From the IMG/VR virus record IMGVR_UViG_3300027710_000820, positions 1 to 55,547 of that record: DNA of 55,547 bases. One strand, 5' to 3'. The translations under genes were made by a program, and so were the position numbers. The notes beneath the pieces were generated by a model. It had not been told where the DNA came from. It searched no databases and saw only the letters and a list, made by a program, of their open reading frames with translations. Position 1 is the first letter of the stretch; each line of letters opens with the position of its first letter. Positions 54,077-55,547 of the stretch are shown here, in pieces. Source of the stretch: a virus. Lineage: Duplodnaviria > Caudoviricetes.

Positions 54077-55546
54077 TTAATCCCAAGCTCCGCCATTTTG
54101 TTGCCAAGCACCATCTGTAAAGATTAAAGTACACAGTCCAGTACCCTCATAAAAGCCATCTCCAGAATTTTCGTATATTCTAAATGGCAATAACGTGGCG
54201 CCGGTCAGCGTTCCAGCAATACGACTATTAGCAACTGATACCTGTACGTCGCCCGGAACAGTACCATTTTGTGGAACTAGATACATGATCTGTCCTTCAA
54301 CACCGTCGGCTAATGAGTAAGCACCGTCAGCTAGTTTGTTAATAGATTTAGTTAGATCTATGGCTGTGGCGGTTATAATGTTTGTCAGTGTCGCTACTGT
54401 AAAGGTAACGTCATCTACACCCACAGTTCCACCTAACGAACCGCCACCTAATAATACTCCATAATCGCCAACACTTAGATTAGGATTGCTGGCAGTAACT
54501 ACAGCACTGATATCACCATTAGCCGCCACTGTGATATTGAGTGTAAATCCTGCGGCAAATGCTACACCATTCACTGTGCCTACGTTTAGATTAGTATTGT
54601 TGCTAGGTGATACTGTAACAGTTGCGGCCTCACCTTTACCAATGTCCACCCCATTTACACCAGTCTTGGCCACTGTGCCTGTGATAACAGCACCTGGAAG
54701 TGTAGTCTTACCTTGATTGTCTAGAGTTATGTCACGATCAGTAACACCATCTAATGCCTTGGTTCTCAGTGTAACAGTGCCACCACCTGTGGTTGCTCCG
54801 CCAGTACCTGCCTGTATTAAGATATTACCACCTTGTGTATCGTTAGTGCTATCTCCAGCATAGATATAAACAGCGCCGCCTGATCTACCTAATGTAACAT
54901 CTCCTTGATTGTATCCACCGTCACCTGCTTCTAGCGTTAGGTCAGCACCACCACCTGCTAGGTTACTGCCTGTTGTATTGGCATCACCACCAACGCCGCT
55001 TCGAATATTAACAGGACCGCCCCAACCAGCATTGTATTCAGTGCCGGCAATGCCGCCTGTACCACCAACAATATTTAAAGTACCGCCGTTGCCACCGCCG
55101 TCATTATAATCAGCATTACCGCCGCTGCCAGCATTGATATCTATAGCGCCACCATTGATGTCTGATCTAACCTTGTCGCCTGCTTTGATAAGGATAGCGT
55201 CACCTGCTCTAACGGCTATGTCTCCTGTCCATTTGCTTTCAATGTTAACATTCCAACCGCTGCCAGAAATAAACTCCATACGGTTATTTTGATCTAATAT
55301 AGCCATACGGTTTTCAGCCACTGTAGATATCACAAGCTCAGTCACAGTGGTTGGATCTGTTGCTGGTACTTCTGTTACATATAAACTAACTTGATCCATC
55401 CCAACATCGACGTAATCATAAGTTAATGAAATATTCTCGTTGATTGTGATAGTTGTGGCCACAGACTGGGCTAGTCTTAGACTTAGATACTCTCTAAGAC
55501 TCGAAATAGGATCTACAAATACTATCTTACCCTGAGAAGATTCAAC
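54077..55546 (-). CDS. Partial (5'-truncated) Gly-rich tail fibre/adhesin-like protein
   Basis: The frame stays open beyond 55462 to the window edge (VESSQGKIVFVDP...). Repeated xIxAGxGG motifs. Confidence 0.65.
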   Translation of the reverse strand, partial: VESSQGKIVFVDPISSLREYLSLRLAQSVATTITINENISLTYDYVDVGMDQVSLYVTEVPATDPTTVTELVISTVAENRMAILDQNNRMEFISGSGWNVNIESKWTGDIAVRAGDAILIKAGDKVRSDINGGAIDINAGSGGNADYNDGGGNGGTLNIVGGTGGIAGTEYNAGWGGPVNIRSGVGGDANTTGSNLAGGGADLTLEAGDGGYNQGDVTLGRSGGAVYIYAGDSTNDTQGGNILIQAGTGGATTGGGTVTLRTKALDGVTDRDITLDNQGKTTLPGAVITGTVAKTGVNGVDIGKGEAATVTVSPSNNTNLNVGTVNGVAFAAGFTLNITVAANGDISAVVTASNPNLSVGDYGVLLGGGSLGGTVGVDDVTFTVATLTNIITATAIDLTKSINKLADGAYSLADGVEGQIMYLVPQNGTVPGDVQVSVANSRIAGTLTGATLLPFRIYENSGDGFYEGTGLCTLIFTDGAWQQNGGAWD

Positions 55547-55547
55547 A

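Noticed and set aside
30291-55109. Short + strand and alternate-frame ORFs over the - strand genes (e.g. 31725-32219, 52063-52470)
   Set aside because: They lie fully within motif-bearing genes and read as antisense or off-frame artefacts.
1-55547. Stop-codon reassignment, tRNA genes, or restriction-site depletion reflecting modified G
   Set aside because: Genes are intact and tightly packed under the standard code, and no intergenic gap shows a tRNA fold. k-mer depletion cannot be judged by eye and needs computation.

Overview
This window is part of a large, AT-rich, T4-like tailed phage genome (Caudoviricetes). It uses the standard genetic code and shows no tRNA, CRISPR array or integrase. 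The + strand (1-30145) carries a partial cytidylyltransferase-like gene, a GH19 endolysin, a block of low-complexity probable head-internal proteins, then a DsbA-like gene, a family-B DNA polymerase, a short UDP-sugar dehydrogenase and a probable sliding clamp. An extended 7-deazaguanine DNA-modification region follows: DpdA/TGT-like transglycosylase, HRH-type QueD-like T-fold protein, FolE and an atypical QueE, interleaved with two oxidoreductases, a GT-B glycosyltransferase, a cupin, a PRTase and a HIT hydrolase. The + strand ends with an RNase H/5'-exonuclease, a MoxR-VWA pair and ThyX. The - strand (30142-55547) carries tail/baseplate genes. Downstream of these lies a tightly coupled 19-gene, ~17 kb operon behind a perfect sigma70 promoter, encoding four glycosyltransferase-like proteins, a methyltransferase-like protein, a QueC-like PP-loop enzyme and nine radical-SAM enzymes. 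The best candidates for undescribed biology are that radical-SAM/glycosyltransferase operon and a possibly glycosylated, replication-coupled 7-deazaguanine modification. Non-coding signals include twin hairpins at the polymerase ribosome-binding site, six sigma70 promoters (one folded into a cUUCGg hairpin) and a TAAATA late-promoter-like motif. All calls come from motifs read by eye; no database searches were run.
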